Shown here: positions 21,030 through 31,420 of the stretch, in pieces | How positions within the stretch are numbered: position 1 is the first letter of the stretch | How the letters are laid out: the number at the start of each line of letters is the position of its first letter | DNA from: Cyanobacteriota bacterium | Lineage (GTDB): Bacteria; Cyanobacteriota; Vampirovibrionia; Vampirovibrionales; Vampirovibrionaceae | DNA: 64,000 bases | Assembly (NCBI GenBank): GCA_019751815.1 | Contig: JAIEMW010000001.1 | Span: 65,564-129,563, forward strand | Direction: 5' to 3' | Notes under the pieces: generated by a model | What the model was told of the DNA's origin: nothing | Seen by the model: only the letters and a program-made list of their open reading frames with translations | Databases searched by the model: none | Position numbers and translations under genes: made by a program

Positions 21030-22517
21030 CTAATTCTCCACGGCTTTGCCTAGGGCCTGCTCAAGGGCCACCCACGCTTTTTGATAATCAGCCACAGAAT
21101 CAAGATAACCTTGTCTTATCTGGGCGTCAGCTTGCTGGGCTAAAATCACATTTGCTAAACCCGTTTTGCCGAAGGTATAGCTGATTTTTGACATCTTCAG
21201 CACTTCTTCAGAAGCAGGAATCAGATCAACCTGGTATTTCTGAAGTTTTTGAAGTCCGTAAAAAAGCGTAATATAAGCATCTTGAACACTGTCTTTCACT
21301 TTCATTTCGAGATCTTTTACCTGAAGTTCATTCTGTTTGAGTTGTTCTTGAGCCAGGATAACGGGTGCTTTTTTGCGGTTGAGAATGGGAACTTCCATGC
21401 TGAAAATAAAGAAACCACCAATAAAAAATGTTTTCCGAAAATTAGGAGAGTAAACAGCGGGCAGTGGTAGAAATTGAGTCCCCCCTGAAACAGTTAAGTC
21501 TGGGATTCGGTTGCGTTTTGCCAGTCTAATCTGTGATTTTGCCACTTGACATTGTAGTTGCGCTGCTTTTAAGTCGGGTCGTTCTTTCAGTGCGATTTGA
21601 ACGAGTTGCTGATCAGGAAGGAGTGAGTTCCCGGTTGAGCTCTGGAGTAGTTGATCGGTTTTGGGGATGTGAAATAAGTCTTCCGAGATCACGAAATCAA
21701 ACGGAAGCTTGTTTCCCATCAGTATACTCATTTTATGTCGGGCCAAAACAATATCACTGTTGGCATCAATTCGTTTTGTTTCAAGTTGTTGCCTGCTCAG
21801 TTTGGCTTGGTATACTTCGGCTTCAGCCGCCGCACCCGCTTTAAAACGTTTATCAGCGATTTCAACCAGTTGATCTAAAAGCCTGGCTTGCTCATTAATC
21901 ACATTTAAATAGGCTTCAGCAATGGCCACTTCAGCATAGGCTTGTCTGATCTGCCCAAGTACCTCTAGTCTTTGAGTTTGGTACTCAGCCTCATCTTGAT
22001 GAAGATTATCACGGGCTAGCAGTATTCTACTGCGACGCTTCCCTGGTGCCTCAATCGTCAGTGTGGCATAGATTTGCTGGTCTTGACCTTGCACACTGGT
22101 AGTTGTTCCAAATCCATAAAGCCCTGATAGTATAGGGTTAGGCCGTTGCTTTGCAATTCCAATACCGGCAGCACTCACTTTCAGTCCAGATTTAGCTGCG
22201 ACTAAGGTCGGATTTGCTGTTTCTGCCATCTGGAGTACTTGATCAAGCGAAATTTTTCGGCTCTCACTTCCTTCTCCTGTCACAGAAGGGGCTGATATCT
22301 CTAGCAGTGGCTCTGAAATTGATACAGCCGGCATGGCTTGGGTATTATTGGGTTTATTAACGTCTTTATTCGCTGAAATACTTTCGCATAAGCCAGCGCT
22401 TGAGGTTGATAAATGAAGCAGTACAAACAGTACAGCAAAGAGAGTTGCCGACTTGAAAGAAATAACGCGCCATTTCAGCACTTTGCATCGTTGATCTGTC
22501 AATGGTGAGGGAAACAT
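21030..22517 (-). CDS. TolC/CzcC-family outer-membrane efflux protein
   Basis: AETANPTL, RPNP, IEAPGKR, KRFKAG, ALKERPDL, RNRIPDL; first gene of the C-A-B operon. Confidence 0.92.
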   Translation of the reverse strand: MFPSPLTDQRCKVLKWRVISFKSATLFAVLFVLLHLSTSSAGLCESISANKDVNKPNNTQAMPAVSISEPLLEISAPSVTGEGSESRKISLDQVLQMAETANPTLVAAKSGLKVSAAGIGIAKQRPNPILSGLYGFGTTTSVQGQDQQIYATLTIEAPGKRRSRILLARDNLHQDEAEYQTQRLEVLGQIRQAYAEVAIAEAYLNVINEQARLLDQLVEIADKRFKAGAAAEAEVYQAKLSRQQLETKRIDANSDIVLARHKMSILMGNKLPFDFVISEDLFHIPKTDQLLQSSTGNSLLPDQQLVQIALKERPDLKAAQLQCQVAKSQIRLAKRNRIPDLTVSGGTQFLPLPAVYSPNFRKTFFIGGFFIFSMEVPILNRKKAPVILAQEQLKQNELQVKDLEMKVKDSVQDAYITLFYGLQKLQKYQVDLIPASEEVLKMSKISYTFGKTGLANVILAQQADAQIRQGYLDSVADYQKAWVALEQALGKAVEN

Positions 22518-22691
22518 TTTCCACTAAAGCCTATGATTAATGCTCCAAGACTAATCTAAAAACAGCCGGATAGCACTCCTCTTTCGAGTAATTTAGCGTG
22601 CAATTTGGTGACTATTTGGGAGGGAAAACCTTAATAACATATTATAAATGTAGTAAATAAGGGCCTCAGGTCTTATCCCTGTGTTATCCTT

Positions 22692-22730
22692 GCTGAATAT
22701 TTAGGGCTGAATATTTAGGGCTGAATATCT
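22692..22730. repeat. 14-bp tandem repeat (GCTGAATATTTAGG x2.8)
   Basis: Read directly in the intergenic region between the efflux operon and the glycosyltransferase. Confidence 0.9.
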
Positions 22731-22755
22731 CTGCCCCATCGGGCCAATGAACATT

Positions 22756-22791
22756 AATTAATATTAAAATGCTTGAATTAATATTAAAATG
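22756..22791. repeat. direct repeat AATTAATATTAAAATG x2 (20-bp period)
   Basis: Read directly; about 40 bp upstream of the glycosyltransferase ATG. Confidence 0.8.
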
Positions 22792-22830
22792 TTTGTTTAT
22801 TAGAAAAATTTTCTGGAATCGAAAAAAAAT

Positions 22831-24270
22831 ATGTTCACTGTTTTCGATAGTCTCTATCTCTTTCGTTCGATCTTAACCACTGAGCTGTTATTTTTTATTG
22901 GACTACTTTTTTTCGCCTTTTTCACATACCAGCTGATAAAAACGACGGTCACTTCACTGAGATCCTCTGAGATAAAATCAGAGAAATGGCTATTGATGGC
23001 TGTCTTGGCACTCGCTTTTTTGCTGCGTTTGCTATGGATAAATTGGACTCAGCCAACTCCCTTTAGTGACTTTGAGGTCTATTGGGCTCAAGCACAACAG
23101 ATCTATCATGGACACTATGACTTTGATATTATTGAGCGACATCCAGGCATTATGTTGCTGTATACGTTTTTCTTTTACGGTCTGGGGAATTCGTTGTGGG
23201 TTGGATGGGCGGTTAATTTACTCTTTTCAATACTCAGTCTATTTTTGATATTTGCATTGAGCAGAAATTATTTCGGTCGATTTGTTGGCTGGGCAGCAGT
23301 GGTTTTGATGGCCGTATTGCCCCAAGCTGTTTCTTATACAGCGATCATGGCCTCTGAGATTCCGGCTATCGTGATGATGATGATGGTTCTTTGGTTATTG
23401 ACAAAACCGGATCTCTCTCGTGAACACTGGATGAATCAGGTGGGTGTGGGTTTCGTTATCTTTGTGGCGACGATGATTCGCAGTACCAATCTTTTGATGC
23501 TGCCTTTTTTACTATTGACTGAAATAAAATCGCTGGGGTCTCCCTTTTCTTGGAAACAGATTCAGCATGCCCTTCGGCGTCTGGTCCCCTTACTCACCAC
23601 CGTGGCTCTATTACTAGGATCATGGGTCTTTCATCAGTATTTACTTACAGGTAAAGCCAAACTTTTTTTTGGAGAAGAAATTTGGATGTTATATGCCACA
23701 AATTATGAGCACAATGGATCCATGTTTGAGCCGATGCCGTTTAAAGATGACATTCAAAAAGTAGATGATGGGTCGCTAGCAGGGAGGCTTAGAAGTTACC
23801 AGGTGATGCAAGATAAATCCTGGGGAATTATTCAATCCGATCCTTTAAAATATCTCCAATTTGGGTTTGTCAGACTCAAAGGCATTTTGTGGGATTCTCG
23901 CACCGGGGTGCAATGGTCGATTGATCATTCCAAAATGCTGAAAACAACAATAATTCAACACCCCAAACTGTTAAGGCATTTGGCAGAATACTCAACCCAG
24001 TTTTGGCGAGCGATTCTGGTGCTGGCCAGTTTTGGATTTATTTGTTTAATGTCGACTGTTTGGCGTGAACAAGATCTTGAAAAAAAGCGGGTGGCAACAG
24101 CCATTTTGGTATTTCTAATACTTTGGCTCGTAATGCACTATAGTATTGCTGTTGCCACGGATCGATATCAGTTCCAGATTCTGCCTTGGGTTATTTTATT
24201 GGCCAGTATTTCGCTAGAGAAGCTCAATACCGGTGTCCAAAAATTAATCGCAAAACCCAGAATTATTTGA
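22831..24270 (+). CDS. polytopic GT-C fold glycosyltransferase (ArnT/PMT-like)
   Basis: About 12 TM helices; LR-L...P.SDF.VY..QA, HPG, SE and C-terminal DRY..LP motifs. Confidence 0.7.
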   Translation: MFTVFDSLYLFRSILTTELLFFIGLLFFAFFTYQLIKTTVTSLRSSEIKSEKWLLMAVLALAFLLRLLWINWTQPTPFSDFEVYWAQAQQIYHGHYDFDIIERHPGIMLLYTFFFYGLGNSLWVGWAVNLLFSILSLFLIFALSRNYFGRFVGWAAVVLMAVLPQAVSYTAIMASEIPAIVMMMMVLWLLTKPDLSREHWMNQVGVGFVIFVATMIRSTNLLMLPFLLLTEIKSLGSPFSWKQIQHALRRLVPLLTTVALLLGSWVFHQYLLTGKAKLFFGEEIWMLYATNYEHNGSMFEPMPFKDDIQKVDDGSLAGRLRSYQVMQDKSWGIIQSDPLKYLQFGFVRLKGILWDSRTGVQWSIDHSKMLKTTIIQHPKLLRHLAEYSTQFWRAILVLASFGFICLMSTVWREQDLEKKRVATAILVFLILWLVMHYSIAVATDRYQFQILPWVILLASISLEKLNTGVQKLIAKPRII

Positions 24271-26173
24271 CTAAATTCACCAGTGAGCTGGACATTTTTT
24301 TGATTTGCTCAATCAAGGTTTGAATATCTTGGGCATTACTGGCCGTGGTTTGAGAGTATTGGGCCAAGATGGCAATACTTCGTGCAATCTCTGAAGAGCC
24401 TTTCGAGGATTCTGACACGTGCCGACTGATTTCATTGGTTGTGGCAGATTGTTCCTCAATGGCGCTGGCAATCATATTGTTATAGTTATTTAGGTTTTCG
24501 ATTGCTTCAGAAATTTGCAGAATGGACTGCACCACTTGATGGGTGTTGCCTTGAATCGCCTCTACCTGATTGCGAATACTTTCGGTCGAAACCGCAGATT
24601 GCTTGGCCAGTTCTTTCACTTCATTGGCCACAACCGCAAAGCCTTTTCCGGCGACCCCCGCACTGGCAGCTTCAATGGTGGCATTCAAGGCCAGTAAATT
24701 TGTCTGCGAGGCAATGTCTCGGATAATATTCACCACGTTACTGATTTCTTGCGCCGATTGCCCCAGGGCATCAATAATCGACTTGACCTCTGTGCTTTTG
24801 GTGCTGGTGGATGACGCAGTCTGGTAGGCTGCGTTGGCTTGACGAGAAATATCTTTGACGGTGACTGACATTTCTTCTGTTGCTGCTGCAACCCCAGAGG
24901 TGTTGGTACTGACTTGCTCTGCGGCACTGGCAACAGTCATAGCCATATCAGAACTTTTTTGAGAATTGTCTAAAATAGTCATGCTGATCTGACTCAGCGA
25001 ATCTGCAAATTGCAATAACTCATGGGCGTTTTGTTTGAGAATAACGGCGGTTTTCTTTTCCTGCTCCATCTTTTCCAGTGTCTCAAACTTTTCAAATGCA
25101 GAGGAAATCAGACGCCCAACGTTTTTCAAGGCCTGTTTTCGATCGGCACTCAATGTGAGCACTTCGAGCGCAAAAAAGTCCATGGTGCCCCGTACTTCTC
25201 CGGCGACAATAATCGGGAAGCAGATACCTGATTTTACGCCGGCCTTTTGGGCAGATTCCCGGCGGCAGCAATCTTGAAGATCCCCTAAATCTTGGACAAA
25301 AACCAAATCTCGGGCCTTCCACGCGCGTCCGCTGAGACCCACACCTTCAGTAAATTCTGCTTCTTGGGTCACTTTACGGAAGGTTTCATTCACCGAGCCA
25401 GATTCTTGCGAGAATGTCAAACAGTTCTTCTCTGGATCGAACTGCCAGTATGAGCTATACGCCCATCCAAACGTGGATTTAACCGTTTCCAGCGCAATTC
25501 GAGCCGCTTCTTTGGGCGTTGAGGCTTTGCCCAGGAGTTCCAAAATTTCAGACAGGGCCTGGTTATTTTTCAACATGTCCGTTTTGGTCAACGATTCTGA
25601 GATCAGTTTGCTGACCTGTCGAAGGGTTTGCATTCTACTTTCCGACAAGCTCAGCGTTTCCAAGGCAAAAAAGTCCATGGTGCCATGAACATTGCCGTCC
25701 ACAATCACCGGAAAACAAATACCGGATTTCACACCAGCTCTTTGGGCTGGCTCGCGACGGCAGCAATCGGTTAACTCACCCAAATCTTGGACAAAAACAA
25801 GTTCCCGTGCTTTCCAGGCACGACCACTCAGGCCTTCGCCTTCTTTAAATTTAGCTTGTGCTGTGACAGTGGAGAACTCTGTATTCACGTTGCCCACATC
25901 AGCCGAAAACTTTAGGACTTGTTCATTGGCGTCCAGTTTCCAATAAGATCCATAAGCCCAGCCAAAATGGGTTTTCACAATATTGAGCGCCGCGAGAATG
26001 GTCTGTTCCATTTCTTTTGCCTTGGACAGCTCTTGGGTCAGTGCAATCAATGCCTGAGTATTTTGATCAGCTTCAGCCAGGGACTGCTGAAGCGTTTTGG
26101 CTTGCGCTAAGTTCAATGCGTCTTCATGGGTGCCATTTGCCCCAGAGGACATCAGACGATCTAATAGCTTCAT
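24263..26173 (-). CDS. soluble methyl-accepting chemotaxis protein with two GAF domains
   Basis: Two 165-aa GAF repeats, then [37 protein letters not shown]; no TM helix from ATG 26173 (GGAG RBS). Confidence 0.93.
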   Translation of the reverse strand: MKLLDRLMSSGANGTHEDALNLAQAKTLQQSLAEADQNTQALIALTQELSKAKEMEQTILAALNIVKTHFGWAYGSYWKLDANEQVLKFSADVGNVNTEFSTVTAQAKFKEGEGLSGRAWKARELVFVQDLGELTDCCRREPAQRAGVKSGICFPVIVDGNVHGTMDFFALETLSLSESRMQTLRQVSKLISESLTKTDMLKNNQALSEILELLGKASTPKEAARIALETVKSTFGWAYSSYWQFDPEKNCLTFSQESGSVNETFRKVTQEAEFTEGVGLSGRAWKARDLVFVQDLGDLQDCCRRESAQKAGVKSGICFPIIVAGEVRGTMDFFALEVLTLSADRKQALKNVGRLISSAFEKFETLEKMEQEKKTAVILKQNAHELLQFADSLSQISMTILDNSQKSSDMAMTVASAAEQVSTNTSGVAAATEEMSVTVKDISRQANAAYQTASSTSTKSTEVKSIIDALGQSAQEISNVVNIIRDIASQTNLLALNATIEAASAGVAGKGFAVVANEVKELAKQSAVSTESIRNQVEAIQGNTHQVVQSILQISEAIENLNNYNNMIASAIEEQSATTNEISRHVSESSKGSSEIARSIAILAQYSQTTASNAQDIQTLIEQIKKMSSSLVNLVK

Positions 26174-26268
26174 ATCAAAATCTCCAGTGTACCCAAAACT
26201 ATACCCAATATTGAATGACAGAGCGTGCCAGACAAAAAATAGAACGATCAGTCTATTTTCTGCAATGG

Positions 26269-26295
26269 GTATCGACACTCTGCAAAAAAAGTGAA
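26269..26295 (-). promoter_or_regulatory. putative sigma28-type promoter of the MCP gene
   Basis: TTCACTTT-N11-GTCGATAC versus consensus TAAAGTTT-N11-GCCGATAA; -35 match is weak. Confidence 0.45.
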
Positions 26296-26319
26296 GGGGA
26301 AATGAAGTTTTTTATTGCT

Positions 26320-27183
26320 TTAAAAATCGGTATTGAGGCCTACAGGCTCCCAGGCATCTAAATCTCGGGTCAGTTGGGTAATTTTTTGCCGAAATTTGGT
26401 ATAGGCATATTTGCCTAGTACTAGTCTAAGAGGTGGTTTGGCCTCACGGGTTAAATTGACGATGGCGCGTGCTGCTTTGACAGGATCTCCAGGCTGTTGT
26501 CCGTTGATGGATTGGAGAAATTGCTTAAATTTGCCCACGGTTTTCTCATACTGTGGCAATACCGTTTCGGTTTCGACCAGTGAACGTCCTATAAAATCTG
26601 TGCGGAAGGGGCCTGGTTCAATGATGGTCACCTTAATGCCCAGGGACTTGACCTCTCCGTGCAAGGCTTCTGATACACCTTCGAGGGCAAACTTTGCGCC
26701 CCCATAGATTGAAAAACCCAGCTCATTGGCAAATCCTGCGATGGCAGAAATATTGATAATATGACCAAACCCTTGTTCTCTCATATAGGGGAGAACCTGG
26801 CGCATCAGGTGAATGGGACCAAACAAGTTGGTTTCAAAGTTTTGGCGAATTTCTGTTTCAGAATACTCTTCCAACGCACCGATGAGTCCGTAGCCCGCAT
26901 TGTTTACCAGAACATCAATACGCTGATTGAGTCCCCATGCTGCCTTCAGCACAGTCTCTATTTGATCTGTTTGGGTGACATCCAGTGCCATTGGATGGAG
27001 ATGACCTGGGTATTGAGCCTTCAGTGCTTCAAAAGAATCAAGCTTTCGGGCCGTGGCGATCACACTATCTCCGGCTTCAAGGGCGGCTTCCATAATATGA
27101 CGTCCCAAGCCAGAAGAGCAGCCAGTAATGAGCCATACTTTGGGCATTTGAGGCGTTTGTGAATCGGCTAAAACGTCACTCAT
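26320..27183 (-). CDS. short-chain dehydrogenase/reductase
   Basis: WLITGCSSGLG, NNAGYG, YGGAKFALEG, EPGPFRT; GGAG RBS before ATG 27183. Confidence 0.93.
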   Translation of the reverse strand: MSDVLADSQTPQMPKVWLITGCSSGLGRHIMEAALEAGDSVIATARKLDSFEALKAQYPGHLHPMALDVTQTDQIETVLKAAWGLNQRIDVLVNNAGYGLIGALEEYSETEIRQNFETNLFGPIHLMRQVLPYMREQGFGHIINISAIAGFANELGFSIYGGAKFALEGVSEALHGEVKSLGIKVTIIEPGPFRTDFIGRSLVETETVLPQYEKTVGKFKQFLQSINGQQPGDPVKAARAIVNLTREAKPPLRLVLGKYAYTKFRQKITQLTRDLDAWEPVGLNTDF

Positions 27184-27206
27184 GGTGTATCTCTCCCTAT
27201 TAAAAC

Positions 27207-27282
27207 TGGTGGGCGCTACTGGACTCGAACCAGTGACCATCTCCGTGTAAAGGAGGCACTCTACCAACTGAGTTAAGCGCCC
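27207..27282 (-). tRNA. tRNA-Val(TAC)
   Basis: GGGCGCT-TA-ACTC AGTTGGTA GAGT-G-CCTCC TT TAC AC GGAGA-TGGTC-ACTGG TTCGAGT CCAGT-AGCGCCC-ACCA; 76 nt with encoded CCA. Confidence 0.97.
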
Positions 27283-27412
27283 AAAATCAAACTCGCCCAA
27301 GAGCAGACTCTTGGCATACTCTTGTGTAATACTCTTACCGGTGATGCGTTCCAAAATATCATCTGCAAAGTGAATCGACAATGATTTTGCCTACACCCAC
27401 AAAATGTGTATT

Positions 27413-28021
27413 TCAACGCGTTGTGATAAGCCCTTGCTCTGTCAGGAGAATATCCACTGGCACATCGTAGGGCTCACGTGGGAGTCTGTCAGTCAGAAGC
27501 ATCGAATGAGCAACCCCTACCAGCAGGGGCCTTTTCTGTGCCTCTTCTGGTGAAGACAAATAACGATCGTAATAGCCTTTTCCGTAACCGAGGCGGTATC
27601 CGCGTAGGTCATAAGCCAGTGCTGGAATAAATAATACCTGTAGAGCCTCTTCTGGTTTAATGGCAGTTTCCGCCGGCTCTAAAATCCCAAAGCGGCCCAG
27701 AGATAATTCGCTCTTTGCTCCCGTGTATTTTAGGAAAGTGAGTTCCTGAGAGCGCTCTTGATCAATGTCGGGATTTATCTTGGGCAAATACCAGCTCTTA
27801 TCGAGAGTCTGCTCCATCACCCACCAAAAAGGCAGTTCATCGCTTCTGGCCGCGTAACCACCGAGAAACATTGCTTGCTGAAACCAATCGGCATGGTGTA
27901 AAACTTGAAGATAGGTCGTGGCAATAGAACCATGGGCCGTCAACGCCAGCTTTTGGCGCAAGGCTCGATAGTCTTTGCGCAGTGTCGCTTTTTCCAGAGA
28001 GAGGTCGGAAAGGGTAATCAT
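27413..28021 (-). CDS. 5-formyltetrahydrofolate cyclo-ligase
   Basis: KATLRK..R, FGILEP, PALAYDLRGYRLGYGKGYYDRYL, EPYDVPVD. Confidence 0.93.
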   Translation of the reverse strand: MITLSDLSLEKATLRKDYRALRQKLALTAHGSIATTYLQVLHHADWFQQAMFLGGYAARSDELPFWWVMEQTLDKSWYLPKINPDIDQERSQELTFLKYTGAKSELSLGRFGILEPAETAIKPEEALQVLFIPALAYDLRGYRLGYGKGYYDRYLSSPEEAQKRPLLVGVAHSMLLTDRLPREPYDVPVDILLTEQGLITTR

Positions 28022-28118
28022 ATCGAGATAAAATCTCTTTTGAGTTTTGTAAAGTCTGGTTACGAAAATAATCGCGTAAAATAACGTTAGCACAAGTAAG
28101 GTAGCATCGTGAGTTTTG

Positions 28119-28469
28119 ATGGATAGCTGGACAGAACAACGGATTAAGCTTGGTAAACAGCTAAAGCAGGCCCGGCAGTCTGCTAAAATGAAGCAAGATC
28201 AAGCAGCACGCTTCTTGAAAGTGCCTGTGTCGACTATTTCTGCGATAGAAACAGGTAAGCGTAAGGTTGAGGTGGTAGAGCTTTTCCAATTGGCCGCCCT
28301 GTATCAGAAACCCGTAGCTTGGTTTGCCTCAGAAAAAGTCTCTTCCTGGGGTTTGGAGAATATCCAAGATCCTGTGGTGCGCGATGCCGTTGTTCAGTTG
28401 CTACAAGCCTCAAAGCCTCTGCAGAAACGAGCTGCGTTCGGATTGATTGGGTTTCTGAGCGAGCGCTAA
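28119..28469 (+). CDS. XRE-family HTH transcriptional regulator
   Basis: LGKQLKQARQSAKMKQDQAA...STISAIETGKRKVEVVELFQLA.LY. Confidence 0.9.
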   Translation: MDSWTEQRIKLGKQLKQARQSAKMKQDQAARFLKVPVSTISAIETGKRKVEVVELFQLAALYQKPVAWFASEKVSSWGLENIQDPVVRDAVVQLLQASKPLQKRAAFGLIGFLSER

Positions 28470-28783
28470 TGGAGGGCCTAGCGAGTGCTGGCAGGAAATA
28501 CAAGCAAATTCTTTACAATTGTGACCTGTAAGCCTGACCTGCAAGCCCCCCAAAAAGGCATCCTGTGTTATAGTGGGGTTGTATTCTTGAGTGGCAGGTG
28601 ACTTGTTTCCTGTTTCGCAAGTTTCAAGCTTCTGGCTAGTTGAGAGGCTGGTTGAGAGGTTAGATGTTTCAAGTCATTCGATTCAATAAGAGATTTGATG
28701 TTAGAGCAGAGTGCCGACTGAGTCGTCATGGTCATTTAAGACCCTAATACTGAGAGATACTTCAGAGTTAATCATGGTTCATT

Positions 28784-30391
28784 ATGGCTGATATTAAAAA
28801 AACCAAAACCAAAACAACAGTGGGTATCTCGATTACGCACGATTTTATCGAGGCGGCTATTTTCTCTGAAAAAGGGTTTAAAATTGAAAATTCGGTAACC
28901 ATGCCGGTTCCTACCGGGCTTTTCTCAGGTGAGGGAGAAGAGGTGACCGATCCTGGCTTATTAAGTCAGGTGTTTAAGGATTTGATGGCAGAGCTGCGGC
29001 CCAAAACCCGCGCGTTTCATCTGTCCATTCCGCCGACACTCATTCGTGTCTTGGAATTACCTCAAATTGACAAGAAACAGTTGTACTTGTCGCTATCCAG
29101 TGAGGCGGAGCGCTACCGGGCTTTTGATGATGCGGAAGCCGTTGTTGACTACGTAGACCTGGAAGGTGTCCCTGTCCCCCGGGGAATGCAGCGAATTCTG
29201 TTTCTGGCTATGCGCCGAGATACCTACGATGCGTACCAAAAAGCCGCACAGCTGAGTAAGTTAAAAATTGCCAGCATTGACGTTGAGCCTTTTAATATTC
29301 TCAGAGGGATGGCCGGTACAGGCGTCTTGGAGAGTCTTGTCCAACAAATGGGTTCTGATAAGCCTTGGGGCTTCCTGTATGTTGGGATGAACCGGGTCAT
29401 GATCTCTCTCTGGAGAGGAAATAATCTTCTCGAATTACGAGAGGTCAATATTGATACCAATGCGCTGCTTCAGGCGGGTCCCAGTTCGCCTTATGTCACA
29501 GATTTGGTGGATGAAATCCGTCGAACTGCCAGTGCGCATGACCCCGGCATCTGGCTGACCCATAACCTGGGCGGTGATTTGGTCCAGGGGCTGAATGAGC
29601 AGCTCCAACTTCCGGTGCGGCCTTGCCTTTGGGGGCCGCATCTCCAGTCAGATAACCCCAATTTAATGGTCTCTACGGTAGGGACTTGTCGCCACTCCAG
29701 TGTGCTCTTTCCTTTCGATCTCAACATGCAAGCTGGGGCCAAAGCGGGTAATAAGGGCGGTGATGACGCGGCAGATGATACTGGCGGTGTCGATCCAAAG
29801 CCAATCTTAATAGGCGGTATTGTCACGTGTGTTTTACTGACAGGTATCTGGGTGGTTTTGAGCGGGCTGAACGGTCTTTGGTTGAGCGGGGCCATTGCTC
29901 AGCTGACCAAAGATAAAGAGCAAAAAGAAGCAGAACAGGTGACACTCAACGCGCAAAAAGAAGCCCAGAAGAAAAAATCAGATATTCAGTCCAGTATTAT
30001 TACGGCAATCAATAATGTGGTGCTTCGAAACCAGTTGTACGTGCACCTTGTGGACGATCTTAAGAAAACAACACCGCAAGATCTCTGGCTCACCACCATG
30101 GACATCAATGATAATATCTCCATAAAAGGGAAGGCTTTGTCTTCACAGGCGATTATTCATTTTGCCAAAGGTTTTGACGCTATTCCGTACACGACCAATG
30201 TCTCTGTCAGAAGTATTAAAGAGTCCACAGCGCCGGCACATTCCTTTGAGTTTGAAGTGGGCGGGCAGATCAAGTTGGATGAGGAAGCCTTATTGCCTGA
30301 GGATTGGAGGGAAAAGCCAGCAAAGACTGACCCTTCTAAAATCCCGCTGCCGAAATTACCATTGCCAAAACAACCAGGAGATAAATCCTGA
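28784..30391 (+). CDS. type IV pilus assembly PilM-PilN fusion protein
   Basis: N-terminal actin-like PilM region (VGISI, EAERY..F, VDY, IDVEPF..LR), one TM helix, coiled coil, PilN domain (TPQDLWLT..ISIKGKALS). Confidence 0.75.
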   Translation: MADIKKTKTKTTVGISITHDFIEAAIFSEKGFKIENSVTMPVPTGLFSGEGEEVTDPGLLSQVFKDLMAELRPKTRAFHLSIPPTLIRVLELPQIDKKQLYLSLSSEAERYRAFDDAEAVVDYVDLEGVPVPRGMQRILFLAMRRDTYDAYQKAAQLSKLKIASIDVEPFNILRGMAGTGVLESLVQQMGSDKPWGFLYVGMNRVMISLWRGNNLLELREVNIDTNALLQAGPSSPYVTDLVDEIRRTASAHDPGIWLTHNLGGDLVQGLNEQLQLPVRPCLWGPHLQSDNPNLMVSTVGTCRHSSVLFPFDLNMQAGAKAGNKGGDDAADDTGGVDPKPILIGGIVTCVLLTGIWVVLSGLNGLWLSGAIAQLTKDKEQKEAEQVTLNAQKEAQKKKSDIQSSIITAINNVVLRNQLYVHLVDDLKKTTPQDLWLTTMDINDNISIKGKALSSQAIIHFAKGFDAIPYTTNVSVRSIKESTAPAHSFEFEVGGQIKLDEEALLPEDWREKPAKTDPSKIPLPKLPLPKQPGDKS

Positions 30392-31191
30392 TGGGCCTGA
30401 AACGTCGTGAATTATTATTACTGGCCCTTGCCATTTTATTTGGTGGCGGGGGAACCATTGTTGTGATGTTGATTATGCCTGAGGGCGAAAAGCTCTTTGC
30501 AAACTTCACACAAATGGGTGAGTTGCAGGAGCAGGTCAATAGTTTGGACCAGGTTAACAGTGCCATTAAGCAATCTTTATCCGGGATTGATGTGACCAAG
30601 AAATTCCCCAAGGATATTCAGATCCCTGCGGTGACCCCGCAAACCAAAGAGCATGTTCAAAAGCAATTACTGAGCCAGTTTATTGGCATATTGGACAAAA
30701 ATCATATTGCGGTTTTAAACCTTCAACCGGTCGTGCCAACAGCGCCGTTGCTTCCCCCAGCCGGCTCAGATCCGGCGTCTAAAGATAAGCCTCCGGGCGT
30801 TCCTGCCCTTCCTGGCGTACCCCCAGCAACACCCGATCCCAACGATCCTCTGGCGGCTGCGGGTGGAGATCCCAACAATGCGGTGTCCCCTTCTGACCCC
30901 ACTGTGGGCGGTCGTTTTCAGCAGGCAATTTACAACTTTACGGCCAGAGGCACTTTCGATCAGCTTTCTACATTTTTCTCAAACATTGCCAATCACAAAA
31001 AACTGATGGAACTGGCCAACGTTAAATTTGAGAACGAGGCGGGTGCAACCAATGCGCCCTCTGCTGCAACACCTGGTACCGCATCAACGTCAGTCCCGGT
31101 GAGGACCATTAAACTGACTGCGGATATTCGCTTCTATCTCAATCCCAATCCAGATATTGATATCCAGGCTGCCACTTCCAAAGCTCCCTAA
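30391..31191 (+). CDS. PilO-like type IV pilus assembly protein
   Basis: RRELLLL-TM-coiled coil; RGTFDQLSTFFSNIANHKKLM.L ferredoxin-like PilO motif; start overlaps the pilMN stop. Confidence 0.7.
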   Translation: MGLKRRELLLLALAILFGGGGTIVVMLIMPEGEKLFANFTQMGELQEQVNSLDQVNSAIKQSLSGIDVTKKFPKDIQIPAVTPQTKEHVQKQLLSQFIGILDKNHIAVLNLQPVVPTAPLLPPAGSDPASKDKPPGVPALPGVPPATPDPNDPLAAAGGDPNNAVSPSDPTVGGRFQQAIYNFTARGTFDQLSTFFSNIANHKKLMELANVKFENEAGATNAPSAATPGTASTSVPVRTIKLTADIRFYLNPNPDIDIQAATSKAP

Positions 31192-31240
31192 AAAACATCC
31201 CCGAGATTATCTTTGATGACAGAGGATGACTGAGGCTGCC

Positions 31241-31270
31241 AAAAAAAATCCTGCAACACAAGTTACAGGG
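31241..31270 (-). terminator. intrinsic terminator
   Basis: Minus strand CCTGTAAC-ttgt-GTTGCAGG-ATTTTTTTT. Confidence 0.6.
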
Positions 31271-31355
31271 TGGGACATAGGCTGGGTTGAAATCTATACG
31301 TGAGAATTAAGAACACTGTAAGAGAATAAAAACAAATTCAAGGCTGAAATTGCCT

Positions 31356-31384
31356 AAAAAAAACCACCCGCAGAGCGAGTGGTA
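31356..31384 (-). terminator. intrinsic terminator after the TPR gene
   Basis: Minus strand ACCACTCGC-tct-GCGGGTGGT-TTTTTTT. Confidence 0.75.
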
Positions 31385-31420
31385 TTAAGGTGTGTCCAGT
31401 GGAGATAAAGGTTTAAATAG

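Noticed and set aside
22692-22791. CRISPR-like array
   Set aside because: Units are 14-20 bp, contiguous and without unique spacers; no cas genes in the window.
26174-26278. Hydrophobic N-terminal extension making the MCP membrane-bound
   Set aside because: It overlaps the putative promoter and leader; ATG 26173 has the RBS.
27184-27381. ORF-track N-terminal extension of the SDR (start 27381)
   Set aside because: It runs through tRNA-Val; ATG 27183 has a GGAG RBS and gives a normal SDR length.
28022-28118. 6S RNA, often found upstream of the 5-formyl-THF cyclo-ligase gene
   Set aside because: Only about 95 nt of AT-rich divergent promoter space and no long hairpin.
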